A stretch of DNA of 64,000 bases, taken from contig JBDRNO010000240.1 of NCBI GenBank assembly GCA_043811005.1, forward strand, positions 467 to 64,466. Reading direction: 5' to 3'. Made by a program: the position numbers and the translations under genes. The stretch's first letter is position 1. The number at the start of each line of letters is the position of its first letter. Of this stretch, positions 18,888 through 28,432 are shown one piece after another. The notes under the pieces are model-generated. The model saw only the letters and a list, made by a program, of their open reading frames with translations. It did not search any database and was not told where the DNA came from. This DNA comes from Bacteroidota bacterium (lineage in GTDB: Bacteria > Bacteroidota > Bacteroidia > NORP154).

Positions 18888-20975
18888 ATGACAAATCAAA
18901 TGAGACAATCAACTCTCCACACACTGGGTTTAGGTTCAGTTATGGAAATATTTCAAAATGGTAAATTACCGGTTACCGCTGATGAGCTTGTTGACCAGGT
19001 TTTCGGTAAAGCGGGCAACAGAGGAGCTCTCGTTATTTCAGGAGCCAACGGTATTGTAGGTGCCGGAAAAACAATGCAGCTCGGATCAAGACTTGAACGC
19101 TATGGAGTGCCGATAATAGCGCTTGATTTCCCTGGAGTACCTGACGGTATAGCGAACCAGTACCCTGGGCTTGTAAGATCATTCGGGAAAGAGAATGCCA
19201 ATAAGGTCATGGGTAATATTATCAAATTTTCTTATGATGGGACTACCCTTCCTGAAGGTTTGTCTGCCTATCAACCCCGGTTCCTGTTGGAAGCTATTCC
19301 TGAAATTCTTGATATCAAGATAAAACATTACGAAACTTTCAAGGCAAAGTTCCCGGAGATAGATATCTGGTCAGTCACATCAGGGTTCCCTCGCTCTTCT
19401 CTCGGTGTTGGTATTGCCCATCCGGCATTCCCGCACGAGATCAACAAGATATGGGAGATAGTAGAACCTGAACCATCCAACAGCACAAAACTTCTCTGGG
19501 CATTGGGACTGATACCAATGCCGGTGAGTGACAACTGGTCTTTCGTTCTCGATGTGCTGTTCTGCGGATTAACCCTTGCAGGATCGAGATTCTGTGAGGC
19601 AACCAACATGCCATTCTGGAAAGCTGATAAGTATATCCGTAAATTCCTGGGACCGAACCCATTCAGAGCACATGACGCTATCGGTGCCGGTGGAGCTAAC
19701 TTCCTGACATGGTCATGCCTGCATCATTTAAGTAAACACTATGGAGATCTGTTCACTCCATCTCCAATACTCGATGAAAGAAAAGACAGCGGACAGAACT
19801 GGTATCCATTGGATCATTTCCGTCCATTAGTTGACTGGTCCATGACAGAGGAAGATACTGATGAATTTCACGCATGGGTACTCGGTGCCTTAATACAGAT
19901 GACAAGTCTCATGCTCCACGAAAACAGGTCTCATCTCTCACAAATGAATCTCATTGGTGAACTCTGCGCCCAGTTCAAAAGTGGAATAATAGCAACTATC
20001 CGCAGCCATGGTCCAGATGGTGCCCGGAAATTAGTTGAAGATTATCATAAATTGCATCCTGCTGCAGCTAAAAAAGCATGGCATCCGGAGGTTTTTGATA
20101 ATATTGAAACTCCTGAATGGCAGCAACTATATGTTAATGCAGAACATGATGGTGAGGTTGGGGTTATTTCAATAAACCGTGAAAGCTATAACTATGATGT
20201 GAACACTGAATTGAACAGGGCTATTGATTGGCTCAAATCAGCAGGTATTGAAAATGTTATTATTACAGGTGATTTCCATCTTGCAACGCAGATGACAGGC
20301 GCTGATACAACTGATTTCTTCCCTGCCGTTGAAGATGTGGCAAAAGGTGTGGAACTCTGCAACTCATGGTCAGCAACTGCCAGACGGCTGAATAGCGATT
20401 TCAAAACATCTGTAGGATTTATTAATGGAAAACGTTGTATGGGTGGATTCCTTGAGCTGATGATGCATTGCCAATATCTTGTTGCAGAAGGTAATGCTGT
20501 TCTTAGTATGCCCGAGGTTACATTACCGGTTGTGCCTGGTATGGAGGGGTGTCACTGGCCTTTCAGGAAAGTTAAACCGGAAGATTATCAAAACCTGCTC
20601 AGGTTACTACTGACGGGGAAGCCGGTTAGAGCGAAAGAAGCTGTTGGTTGGTTAACAGATTATGCCGGTACAATGGAAGAGTCCATAAAAATGTCATGGA
20701 AGATAGCTACAGGTGCTGATCATGGATTAAAGAAACGTGAAGTTGTTGAAGAAAAGATTGAAAATGTACTGAAGGAAGTACCAGGGCTGGAAAATGGCGA
20801 TGCCTCAATGGAAGATACACGAAAAGCTATAATAGAATCCATACAAAATACCTGTAATGTATCATTGTCAGAAGCTATCTCAATTCAATCAAAACATGCA
20901 GGCAATTTCATGGGCACGTCACAATTCAAAAAAGGTGTTATTGGAACAACCTACACAAAAACGTGGTTGGTCTGA
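18888..20975 (+). CDS. FadN-like fusion: 3-hydroxyacyl-CoA-dehydrogenase-like N-terminal part plus enoyl-CoA hydratase/isomerase (crotonase) C-terminal part
   Basis: 695 aa. Rossmann-like ISGANGIVGAG, GPNPFRAHDAIGAGG, and a C-terminal crotonase pattern (GVISINRES...ITGDFH...GFINGKRCMGGFLELMMHC). AAGGAGG sits 7 nt upstream of the ATG. Confidence 0.55.
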   Translation: MTNQMRQSTLHTLGLGSVMEIFQNGKLPVTADELVDQVFGKAGNRGALVISGANGIVGAGKTMQLGSRLERYGVPIIALDFPGVPDGIANQYPGLVRSFGKENANKVMGNIIKFSYDGTTLPEGLSAYQPRFLLEAIPEILDIKIKHYETFKAKFPEIDIWSVTSGFPRSSLGVGIAHPAFPHEINKIWEIVEPEPSNSTKLLWALGLIPMPVSDNWSFVLDVLFCGLTLAGSRFCEATNMPFWKADKYIRKFLGPNPFRAHDAIGAGGANFLTWSCLHHLSKHYGDLFTPSPILDERKDSGQNWYPLDHFRPLVDWSMTEEDTDEFHAWVLGALIQMTSLMLHENRSHLSQMNLIGELCAQFKSGIIATIRSHGPDGARKLVEDYHKLHPAAAKKAWHPEVFDNIETPEWQQLYVNAEHDGEVGVISINRESYNYDVNTELNRAIDWLKSAGIENVIITGDFHLATQMTGADTTDFFPAVEDVAKGVELCNSWSATARRLNSDFKTSVGFINGKRCMGGFLELMMHCQYLVAEGNAVLSMPEVTLPVVPGMEGCHWPFRKVKPEDYQNLLRLLLTGKPVRAKEAVGWLTDYAGTMEESIKMSWKIATGADHGLKKREVVEEKIENVLKEVPGLENGDASMEDTRKAIIESIQNTCNVSLSEAISIQSKHAGNFMGTSQFKKGVIGTTYTKTWLV

Positions 20976-21037
20976 CAGGCATGAAATATAAAAACCTTTA
21001 CGAACTTTAAAAAGTCTCGTAAAGGTTATCTGAAAGT

Positions 21038-21066
21038 AAAGCCCTTCCATTTGGAAGGGCTTTTTT
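21038..21066 (+). terminator. rho-independent terminator
   Basis: AAAGCCCTTCCA-TT-TGGAAGGGCTTTTTT hairpin plus T-run, 60 nt after the stop of the 695-aa gene. It is preceded by a second hairpin at 20994-21026. Confidence 0.75.
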
Positions 21067-21118
21067 GTATTTTAAATTAATACGTATCGAAATTTAAAAA
21101 TTTTCCTTTACTGATAGG

Positions 21119-21303
21119 TGTTCCCGCTACTTGCTAATATTGTTTACTCCTGGCTTCTCGCTTCTGGCCTCTCGCTAAATCACGTTCAATTCTATCAATA
21201 AAATTATTTAATTTCCTGCCAAATTTCCAGATTTCGGTAACTCATATTATATCATTTTTGCCAGTTGCCAGTAGCGAGCAGCAAGGAGCGAACAACTCGC
21301 AAC
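21119..21303. repeat. imperfect long inverted repeat between convergent genes
   Basis: Left arm GTTCCCGCTACTTGCT...TCTCGCTTCTGGC, right arm GCCAGTAGCGAGC...AGCAAGGAGCGAAC. Confidence 0.55.
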
Positions 21304-21362
21304 ATTTCTAATTTCCTAAGCACGTAATATTAATTGCTTTTATAATCAATTTACAAAGTTCT

Positions 21363-22373
21363 TTATTTCCTCAAGCACTCAATTATTCTTCTGTTTACCT
21401 CGCTTCTACCAATAGTTATACGCAACGATTTCTCCTGTCCGAAAATATCCATATTGCATATTAATATTCCTTCATCTGATAGTTGTTTAAAAACTCTCTC
21501 TTTGCTCTCATGCTGATCAAAATACATGTAAATAAAGTTCCCCTGTGAAGGAACAACATTATAGCCTAAATTCGCAAGTTCATGATAAAGGAAGTTTCTC
21601 TCTTCATTATTAAAAATAGCACACTTTTCAATAAATTCATGATCATCTAATGCGGCACAAGCTGCAGCGGAGGCAAGAGAGTTTATTCTATATGGCATGC
21701 TTCTTTCTTCCACCTCTTGAACAATACCTTCATGAGCAATTGCATAGCCAATACGCAAACCAGCCAAACCATAGATCTTTGAAAAACTGTGAAGAATGAT
21801 CAGGTTTGGAAATTCCTTCTGAAGCTTTAATGAATCGGGATAGGTAACATCAGTAACATATTCATAATATGCTTCATCAATTATTACGAGTATTTCGGAT
21901 GAAATTGCTTTCAACAACCGGTATAATGAATCATGTGATATTATTGTTCCGGTAGGATTATTGGGATTGGCAATAAAAATCACCTTTGTTTTTTCTCCAG
22001 GTAAGGGAAAAAGGTTATTTACATCACATGTGAAGTCAGTTAGTTTCGCAAAACTGCATTTTTTCTTATTTGCTTTGGCTAACAAACCGTAGGCAACAAA
22101 ACTGTTCTCAAAGGTCAATACTTCTTCATCGTAATTCACAAAATTCTTTATAATCATATCAATCATACCAACCGAACCTGCTGAAAGTGCAATATTTTGA
22201 GACAGCACATTATGTTTCCCCGCTAATATATCCTTTAATGTAAAGGGATGATACTCAGGATAACGATGGACATTGTGATAATTGTCCTTTATCGCTTCCA
22301 ACGCCAACGGGGAAGTTCCCAACGCATTTTCGTTGGAAGCAAGTTTGATAATATCCAGGGTTTTTTCTATCAA
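21363..22373 (-). CDS. class I/II PLP aminotransferase, histidinol-phosphate/aromatic aminotransferase-like
   Basis: 336 aa. ANPNNPTG and SFSKIYGLAGLRIGY (PLP-Lys) motifs. Confidence 0.75.
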   Translation of the reverse strand: MIEKTLDIIKLASNENALGTSPLALEAIKDNYHNVHRYPEYHPFTLKDILAGKHNVLSQNIALSAGSVGMIDMIIKNFVNYDEEVLTFENSFVAYGLLAKANKKKCSFAKLTDFTCDVNNLFPLPGEKTKVIFIANPNNPTGTIISHDSLYRLLKAISSEILVIIDEAYYEYVTDVTYPDSLKLQKEFPNLIILHSFSKIYGLAGLRIGYAIAHEGIVQEVEERSMPYRINSLASAAACAALDDHEFIEKCAIFNNEERNFLYHELANLGYNVVPSQGNFIYMYFDQHESKERVFKQLSDEGILICNMDIFGQEKSLRITIGRSEVNRRIIECLRK

Positions 22374-22546
22374 GAAATCGCTATTTAGAATATAACATAG
22401 TAATTATTAAAAAGATTTAAATATCTCCCGCTAAGCTCGCTAAGCCCGCAAAGAACGCGATGATTAATTAACATAAAACTTTGTCCGCCAGCTGGCGGAA
22501 GCTTTGCGGAAAATATAAACTTTATTAAATTTTTAATACAATAATT

Positions 22547-23429
22547 TTACCCCAAAAATATACTTTTACTTACATTAAACAAAACTTCTTTTCGATACCA
22601 TGCTGAAGCCCGGATATCGGAAATGGGTGATGCATATTCCAGTACTTTTCCGGCAAATTCTTCTTTTTCTTCTTCGGAAAGTTTGGAAAAATCTTTACCA
22701 ATCAAAAAATTGCAGGCAGAATTAATGAACTTAATAGTTGGTGCAGCCGAACCAATGGCAATCCCTGCACTTAGAACAATATTGTTCTTATCTGCCTGAA
22801 CGTGATATGCCAAAGAGACCACAGAACATTCCATTGAACGTCTTGTTCCTATTTTAATAAAATCAGAGTATATCCCACCCACCTGCTCATTCTGCTTCTG
22901 GAATGAGGGAACCAAAACACTTCTTAAAACTTCGTTTTTTTGTAGAACGGTTTCCCGTACATCAACAAAAAAATTTTGAATAGGGATAACCCTGATTGAC
23001 CCATCAGTTGATAATATTTCGCATTTAGCTTCCAAAGCCACTAATGCGCAGGCGATGTCGCCTGCGGGTGAAGCAGTACAGAGGTTTCCTCCAACAGTTG
23101 CTACCTGCCGGATCTGCCTGGAGGCAAGACTATTGGCTGCTTTAAACAGAACGGGATATTGTTTTTGTAATTTCTTATCGGAAATGATCTTCACAGCTGT
23201 CACCATTGCTCCAATCCTGATACCTTCATCACCGTGTGATATAAAAATAAACTGCTCATCTTGTAGTTTAGCCAGGTTTATTATTGTTAGCTCCTCATCC
23301 GGTTGTTTCTTAAGCTCCAATAACAAATCAGTATAACCCGCACCAAACCGGAAATTATTACCCCTGATTATTGGTCATTGCTTCCAATAATTCTTTGGTG
23401 GTTACAGGGTTGATAATATTAAAGTTCAT
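22547..23429 (-). pseudogene. FAD-binding medium subunit of second Mo hydroxylase, interrupted by a 1-nt frameshift
   Basis: The ATG at 23429 gives MNFNIINPVTTKELLEAMTNNQG, then TAA at 23358-23360. The family continues one frame over (NNFRFGAGYTDLLLELKK...TVGGNLCTASPAGD). Removing one base around GGGGT (23360-23364) restores a single ORF. Confidence 0.7.
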
Positions 23430-23486
23430 ACTTGTAATTTGTGATTTTTAATATTCTTGAATAATCTTCTACTTTAAAAACAGACT

Positions 23487-24467
23487 CTAATCAGGATGAA
23501 TAATAACCTTAATCGTTTCACCCCCTTTCTCAGCTAACTTAAATCCTTGCTGAATATCTTCCAATTTAAGGTTATGAGTTATTAATTCCTTTACATTTAT
23601 TTTTCCGTTGCTGATCAGCTCCATGGATTCTTCAAGATCATCAGGACCTGCGCCATAACTGGATACAATGGATATTTCATTTCTCCAGAAATCAACAACA
23701 GGGATTGGAACGTCCTTGTTTGGAATGGAAAAAAACAGGATTATTCCTTTCCGGTCAATGTACCTGAAAGCTTGTTCAAATGCCTGCATCGCACCTGTAC
23801 ATATAATTATCCTGTCTGGCTTTACTTTCAGCACATCATCTGCATAAATCACTTCATCAGCGCCAAATTCCCTTGCTTTATTCATCCTGTAAGAGTCAAT
23901 ATCAATTACAATGACCTTTGCCTTTTTATATTTAGCAACCTGTATATTCAACAACCCTGAAAATCCAGCGCCCATAACCAGGACTATTTGATTTCCCTTA
24001 ACAGCGGTAATCCTCTGCGCCCGCACAGCACATGCCAGGGGTTCGATCAAAGTACCTTCCTCATAAGAAACATTATCCGGTAAAACATAGACACCATACC
24101 TGACATTTATTTCGGGAACCCTGATGTATTCGCTAAAGCCGCCCGGTTCATAATTGCCGTTATGCAATGTCTCGCACGCAGTGTGATTGCCATCATCACA
24201 ATATTTGCAACTATTGCACGGAACATGATGACTAACAAAAACCCTTTGTCCTGTTGTGTATTTATCTGAACGTGATTGGACAATATCACCTGTAATTTCA
24301 TGACCTAAGATCCGTGGAGCTTTTTTTATCCTGTACCACTCCATTATATCTGTTCCGCAAATGCCTGAAGCTCTTACTTTTACAAGGATCTCACCGGCAT
24401 TTATTTCAGGCACAGCTCTTTCTTCAATCCTTATGTCATTATTGTTATGATATACTGCTACTTTCAA
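23487..24467 (-). CDS. zinc-dependent alcohol dehydrogenase (threonine/sorbitol dehydrogenase-like, MDR family)
   Basis: GHEITGDIV, a structural-zinc Cys cluster CNSCKYCDDGNHTAC, and a GAGFSG nucleotide loop. Confidence 0.8.
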   Translation of the reverse strand: MKVAVYHNNNDIRIEERAVPEINAGEILVKVRASGICGTDIMEWYRIKKAPRILGHEITGDIVQSRSDKYTTGQRVFVSHHVPCNSCKYCDDGNHTACETLHNGNYEPGGFSEYIRVPEINVRYGVYVLPDNVSYEEGTLIEPLACAVRAQRITAVKGNQIVLVMGAGFSGLLNIQVAKYKKAKVIVIDIDSYRMNKAREFGADEVIYADDVLKVKPDRIIICTGAMQAFEQAFRYIDRKGIILFFSIPNKDVPIPVVDFWRNEISIVSSYGAGPDDLEESMELISNGKINVKELITHNLKLEDIQQGFKLAEKGGETIKVIIHPD

Positions 24468-24528
24468 GATATTTGGTTGGATCGGGATTTAATATTCAAA
24501 CTTGATATATTGGTAATTAATTATTTAA

Positions 24529-24711
24529 ATTTAATAATCAGATTCTGGGTTCCAGGCACTGGGTTCTGGGTTGTTGTTTTTTACTCTAACCCAAAATCAG
24601 CACATACCACCCAGTGCCCAGCAACCAGTACCCAGCAACATTATCTTATTTATACTTAACTCAATTCAATATAATTTCTATTCTTAATTAAATTACGTAA
24701 TTATGTTCTTA
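24529..24711. repeat. intergenic repeat family 1, copy A (CTGGGT/ACCCAG hairpin plus TTATTTATACTTAACTCAATTC plus TTACG.A.TTATGTTCTTA)
   Basis: Alignable end to end with 61222-61384. Shares exact blocks ACATACCACCCAGT and the 22-mer TTATTTATACTTAACTCAATTC (24646-24667 and 61319-61340). Confidence 0.85.
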
Positions 24712-25491
24712 TTTCTTCTCATCCTGATAAATTCCATAAGCTTCTTCAACGGATTTTCCATCATGAACAATTGCCCTCACTGCCTTTATCATGCCTACCG
24801 GGCAATCGCTTTGGAAAATATTCCTTCCCATATCCACTCCAACCGCTCCTTTTGAAATAGCATTAAATGCCATTTGGAGAGCATCTTTTTCCGGCTGTTT
24901 CTTGCCTCCCGCAATAACAACCGGTACGTTTCCACATGCCTCGACAATCTTTTCAAAATCCTCACAATAATATGTTTTAACCATATGTGTTCCTGTTTCC
25001 ACACATATTCTGCTGGCTAGAGCTAAATACCGTGCATCCCTTGCCATTTCTTTCCCAACAGCCGTTACCGCTAAGACGGGAATACCATATTCTTCGCCAT
25101 CATTTATGAGCTCTGATAAGTTTTCTATGGATTGGCTTTCATATTCCCCGCCAATAAATACGGAACATGTTATGGCAGATGCGTTTATCCTTATTGCATC
25201 CTCTATTGAAGTGGTAATTATCTCATCAGACAATTCTTTAAGAATACTCGAACCACCGGAAACGCGTAATATTACAGGTGCTTGCAAGGCAGGGTTTATC
25301 CAGTTTCTTAATGCTCCCCTGGTTATCATTAATGCATCAGCGTAAGGCAGTAACGGATCTGTTGTAACACTCAGGTTGCTTAAACCCGTTGTTGGCCCCT
25401 GGAAATACCCATGGTCAACTGCCAGCATAACACAATGACCCGTTTCAGGGTTAATTATCCTTGATAATCTGTTTTTCATTCCCCATTCCAT
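24709..25491 (-). CDS. DhnA/LsrF-type class I aldolase family protein
   Basis: MLAVDHGYFQGPTTGL, VKTYY and IAGGKK patterns, 260 aa. Confidence 0.7.
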   Translation of the reverse strand: MEWGMKNRLSRIINPETGHCVMLAVDHGYFQGPTTGLSNLSVTTDPLLPYADALMITRGALRNWINPALQAPVILRVSGGSSILKELSDEIITTSIEDAIRINASAITCSVFIGGEYESQSIENLSELINDGEEYGIPVLAVTAVGKEMARDARYLALASRICVETGTHMVKTYYCEDFEKIVEACGNVPVVIAGGKKQPEKDALQMAFNAISKGAVGVDMGRNIFQSDCPVGMIKAVRAIVHDGKSVEEAYGIYQDEKK

Positions 25492-25592
25492 TTTATTTTC
25501 CTCCTTTATTGTATTATTTTTTTATTAATTTTTTTGTAAGATTTTGAGTTTTAGTGATTTTGTGGCATTTTTATTTTAATAAATTTACGAAG

Positions 25593-27866
25593 TTATATTC
25601 TTAATTTTTTCAAAACCTTCTCCGGTGTAATCGGCAAAGAATCTATTTCAATCCCCAAAGCATCTGAAACGGCATTTGCTATTGCTGCTGCTGTAGGGAT
25701 CAGAGGCGCCTCCCCTACTCCTTTTGCTCCATAGGGACCTTCTTCGTCAAATGTTTCAATAGGATAGAAATGGATTTCCGGTATATCGCTAAAAGTCGGT
25801 AGTTTATAGTCGTGAAAACTCGGGTTAAGGACCATCCCGTTTTCAACGATCAATTCTTCAGTCAGTGCATATCCCATTCCCATAACTACACCGCCTTCTA
25901 TCTGTCCGGACAATCCCAGCGGATTCAACACCCGGCCAACATCCTGTGCAACGTGCACATCCAAAACCATGACATTTCCAGTTAGTGTATCCACTTCAAC
26001 TTCTATTGCTTGAGAAGCAAATGCATATGCTCCCGATACATCACCTTTAAACTCCTTATCCTGAAATTTGCTATTAGGCTCATAAAAATTTGTCACTACT
26101 GACAACTCGTTAGGCGTACTAAAATGAAGCTCCCTGACCACCTTGTCCAGGTTAATTGCCTTACCGGTTTTTTCACATATTATCTGTCCGTTTAAATATT
26201 CAAAACTCTTTGCATCACTTCCCAGGAGCCCGGCAGCCTTGGGGGAGAGTTTCTCCTTTAGCTTCTCAATTGCTCCAAGCAACGAATTGCCTGCGACAAA
26301 ACTCGTACGAGAGGCATGGACACCGACATCCCATGGCTTGACATCCGTATCAGTGTTGATCACCCTGATCTTTTCCATGTCGATACCCAGTTCTTCTGCT
26401 GCAATCATTGTCAGCACGGTCTCCGATCCTTGCCCTATTTCATTTGATCCGGTAATAATTGTAAGATAGCCAAAAGGATCAATTTTCAGGGTTGTACCAC
26501 ACCCATCCGAGCGATAGATCTTCGCTCCTCCTCCAACATGAAGCATTGATGCATAACCTAGCCCCCTTTTATATCTTTTTGATACACTTTTTTTATTTGA
26601 TTTTCCACTTTCTGCTATAACTTTTTCCAACGCCTCCTTATGCCCACAGGTTTTAAATTCAAGTCTTTGTCCGGTAATCTCACCTTTATAATTGGCATTT
26701 ATCAACCTGATCTCCGCTTTATCCATACCCAGTTCTTCTGCCATCAGGTCAATGTTTCGCTCCAGTGAAAATGTTGCCTGCGGATTTCCGTACCCCCGGA
26801 AAGAACCGGCATTAGGATTATTGGTATATACTGCACGCGCATCAAAAACACAAGCCGGCACCTGGTATAATGATGAGTATGCTTGCATCATCACAAAGGG
26901 TGTAGTGGCTCCCCAGGAAGTATAGGCACCGTTATCCATGGTGATCTGCACTTCCCTGAATGTAAATTTTCCGTCCTGATCGGCTCCGGTTGTCAACTCT
27001 ATTACCATCTGTTGTCTTGTAGGTGATGCAAGAAACTCCTCTTCCCTATCATAAATTAATTGCACCGGTTGTCCTGTTTTTATTGACAGCAAGGCACAGA
27101 TCGGTTCAAAGGGATACATATCAAGCTTACTGCCAAAACCTCCGCCAATTACAGGTTGAATGATCCTGATGTTTGACGGTTCCATCTTCAGTGAGTGAGC
27201 AATATCTCTCTGATAGAGGAACGGAACCTGAGTGGAACTGTACAGGGTCAGACGTTTTTCGATTTTTGAATAATCTGCGGTCATATTGCTCGTAGCCAAA
27301 CAACAATGAGTGACTCTAGGCAAAGTATAGCGCCTCTTCACAATACAAGCGCTTTTATTTTTTTGCTCTTGCAGGTCTCCATGTTCGTAATGATACGAGT
27401 CTGCTATATTCTTCTCCTGGTCAGCCGGAGCAAAGCGGTTTATCGGAAGGCTTTCCATTTTTAATGCTTCGAAAGGATCATAAATCCCCTCTTTGACCTT
27501 ATATTCAACTTTTATAAGTCCTAACGCTTTTTTAGCTATTTCCCTTGTTGTTGCTGCAACCGCTGCGATCTCATCACGTATACAGTTCACCTCGTCTTTT
27601 TTCAATACGGGATGATCTCTTTTGTAACTGATGTTATTGACATCAACATCATCTGCCGTAATTACACATGCTACTCCGGGAAGTTGTTTTGCTTCCGAAA
27701 CATCAACGGAAACGATCTCAGCGACAGGATGGACGGTACGCAAAATTGCACCGTAAAGCATATTTGGTAATACAATATCATGACCATATACCGCTTTCCC
27801 GGTGACCCTAAGAGCAGCATCAACCTTAGGTGTGGGTTTGCCGATTACATTGAGGTTATTTCTCAT
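25593..27866 (-). CDS. molybdopterin-binding large subunit, second xanthine dehydrogenase-family enzyme
   Basis: MRNNLNVIGKPTPKVDAALRVTGKAVYGHD N-terminus, plus IGGGFGSKL and YGAKGVGEAP. I prefer the start at 27866 over 27929. Confidence 0.85.
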   Translation of the reverse strand: MRNNLNVIGKPTPKVDAALRVTGKAVYGHDIVLPNMLYGAILRTVHPVAEIVSVDVSEAKQLPGVACVITADDVDVNNISYKRDHPVLKKDEVNCIRDEIAAVAATTREIAKKALGLIKVEYKVKEGIYDPFEALKMESLPINRFAPADQEKNIADSYHYEHGDLQEQKNKSACIVKRRYTLPRVTHCCLATSNMTADYSKIEKRLTLYSSTQVPFLYQRDIAHSLKMEPSNIRIIQPVIGGGFGSKLDMYPFEPICALLSIKTGQPVQLIYDREEEFLASPTRQQMVIELTTGADQDGKFTFREVQITMDNGAYTSWGATTPFVMMQAYSSLYQVPACVFDARAVYTNNPNAGSFRGYGNPQATFSLERNIDLMAEELGMDKAEIRLINANYKGEITGQRLEFKTCGHKEALEKVIAESGKSNKKSVSKRYKRGLGYASMLHVGGGAKIYRSDGCGTTLKIDPFGYLTIITGSNEIGQGSETVLTMIAAEELGIDMEKIRVINTDTDVKPWDVGVHASRTSFVAGNSLLGAIEKLKEKLSPKAAGLLGSDAKSFEYLNGQIICEKTGKAINLDKVVRELHFSTPNELSVVTNFYEPNSKFQDKEFKGDVSGAYAFASQAIEVEVDTLTGNVMVLDVHVAQDVGRVLNPLGLSGQIEGGVVMGMGYALTEELIVENGMVLNPSFHDYKLPTFSDIPEIHFYPIETFDEEGPYGAKGVGEAPLIPTAAAIANAVSDALGIEIDSLPITPEKVLKKLRI

Positions 27867-27894
27867 TTGGTTATGTTTCAGACATATTATAAGT

Positions 27895-28371
27895 TTAATT
27901 TTCTTTAAACAATGCTTCAACAGCATCAATAATCTTCACATAACCGGTACAGCGGCACAGGTTGCCTTCAAGTTCTTTCCTGATCTCTTCCCTGCCGGGA
28001 ACAACACCGTTAGCTTCATATTGTTTATGAAACGATTTTATTAACATCGCCATACCTGGTGAGCAAAAACCACATTGAACCGCACCTTTAGCGATCATTG
28101 CTTCCTGTACAGCATCAAGAGATTCTCCGTTTGCAGATAAACCTTCAATGGTCGTAACTTCTTTTCCATCAATATTAACAGCCGGATATAAGCATGAATT
28201 GACTGCATTACCATCCACCAGCACAGTACAGGCGCCACATTCACCTTCAAGACATCCGGGTTTGGTTCCTTTCAGGGACAATTCTTCTCTTATAAGATCT
28301 ATCAATAATAATGACGGCTTAATGTTCTTTTTGATCTTTTTGCCGTTTATGATGAATTCGATTTCTAACAT
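27895..28371 (-). CDS. [2Fe-2S]-binding small subunit, second Mo hydroxylase
   Basis: GCLEGECGACTV, QCGFCSPGM and CRCTGY. Confidence 0.85.
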   Translation of the reverse strand: MLEIEFIINGKKIKKNIKPSLLLIDLIREELSLKGTKPGCLEGECGACTVLVDGNAVNSCLYPAVNIDGKEVTTIEGLSANGESLDAVQEAMIAKGAVQCGFCSPGMAMLIKSFHKQYEANGVVPGREEIRKELEGNLCRCTGYVKIIDAVEALFKEN

Positions 28372-28432
28372 AATTTATCTGTATCGGAATTTCTCAGCCA
28401 AAGGATAATCACCAGTTAGTGTGAAATGATTT

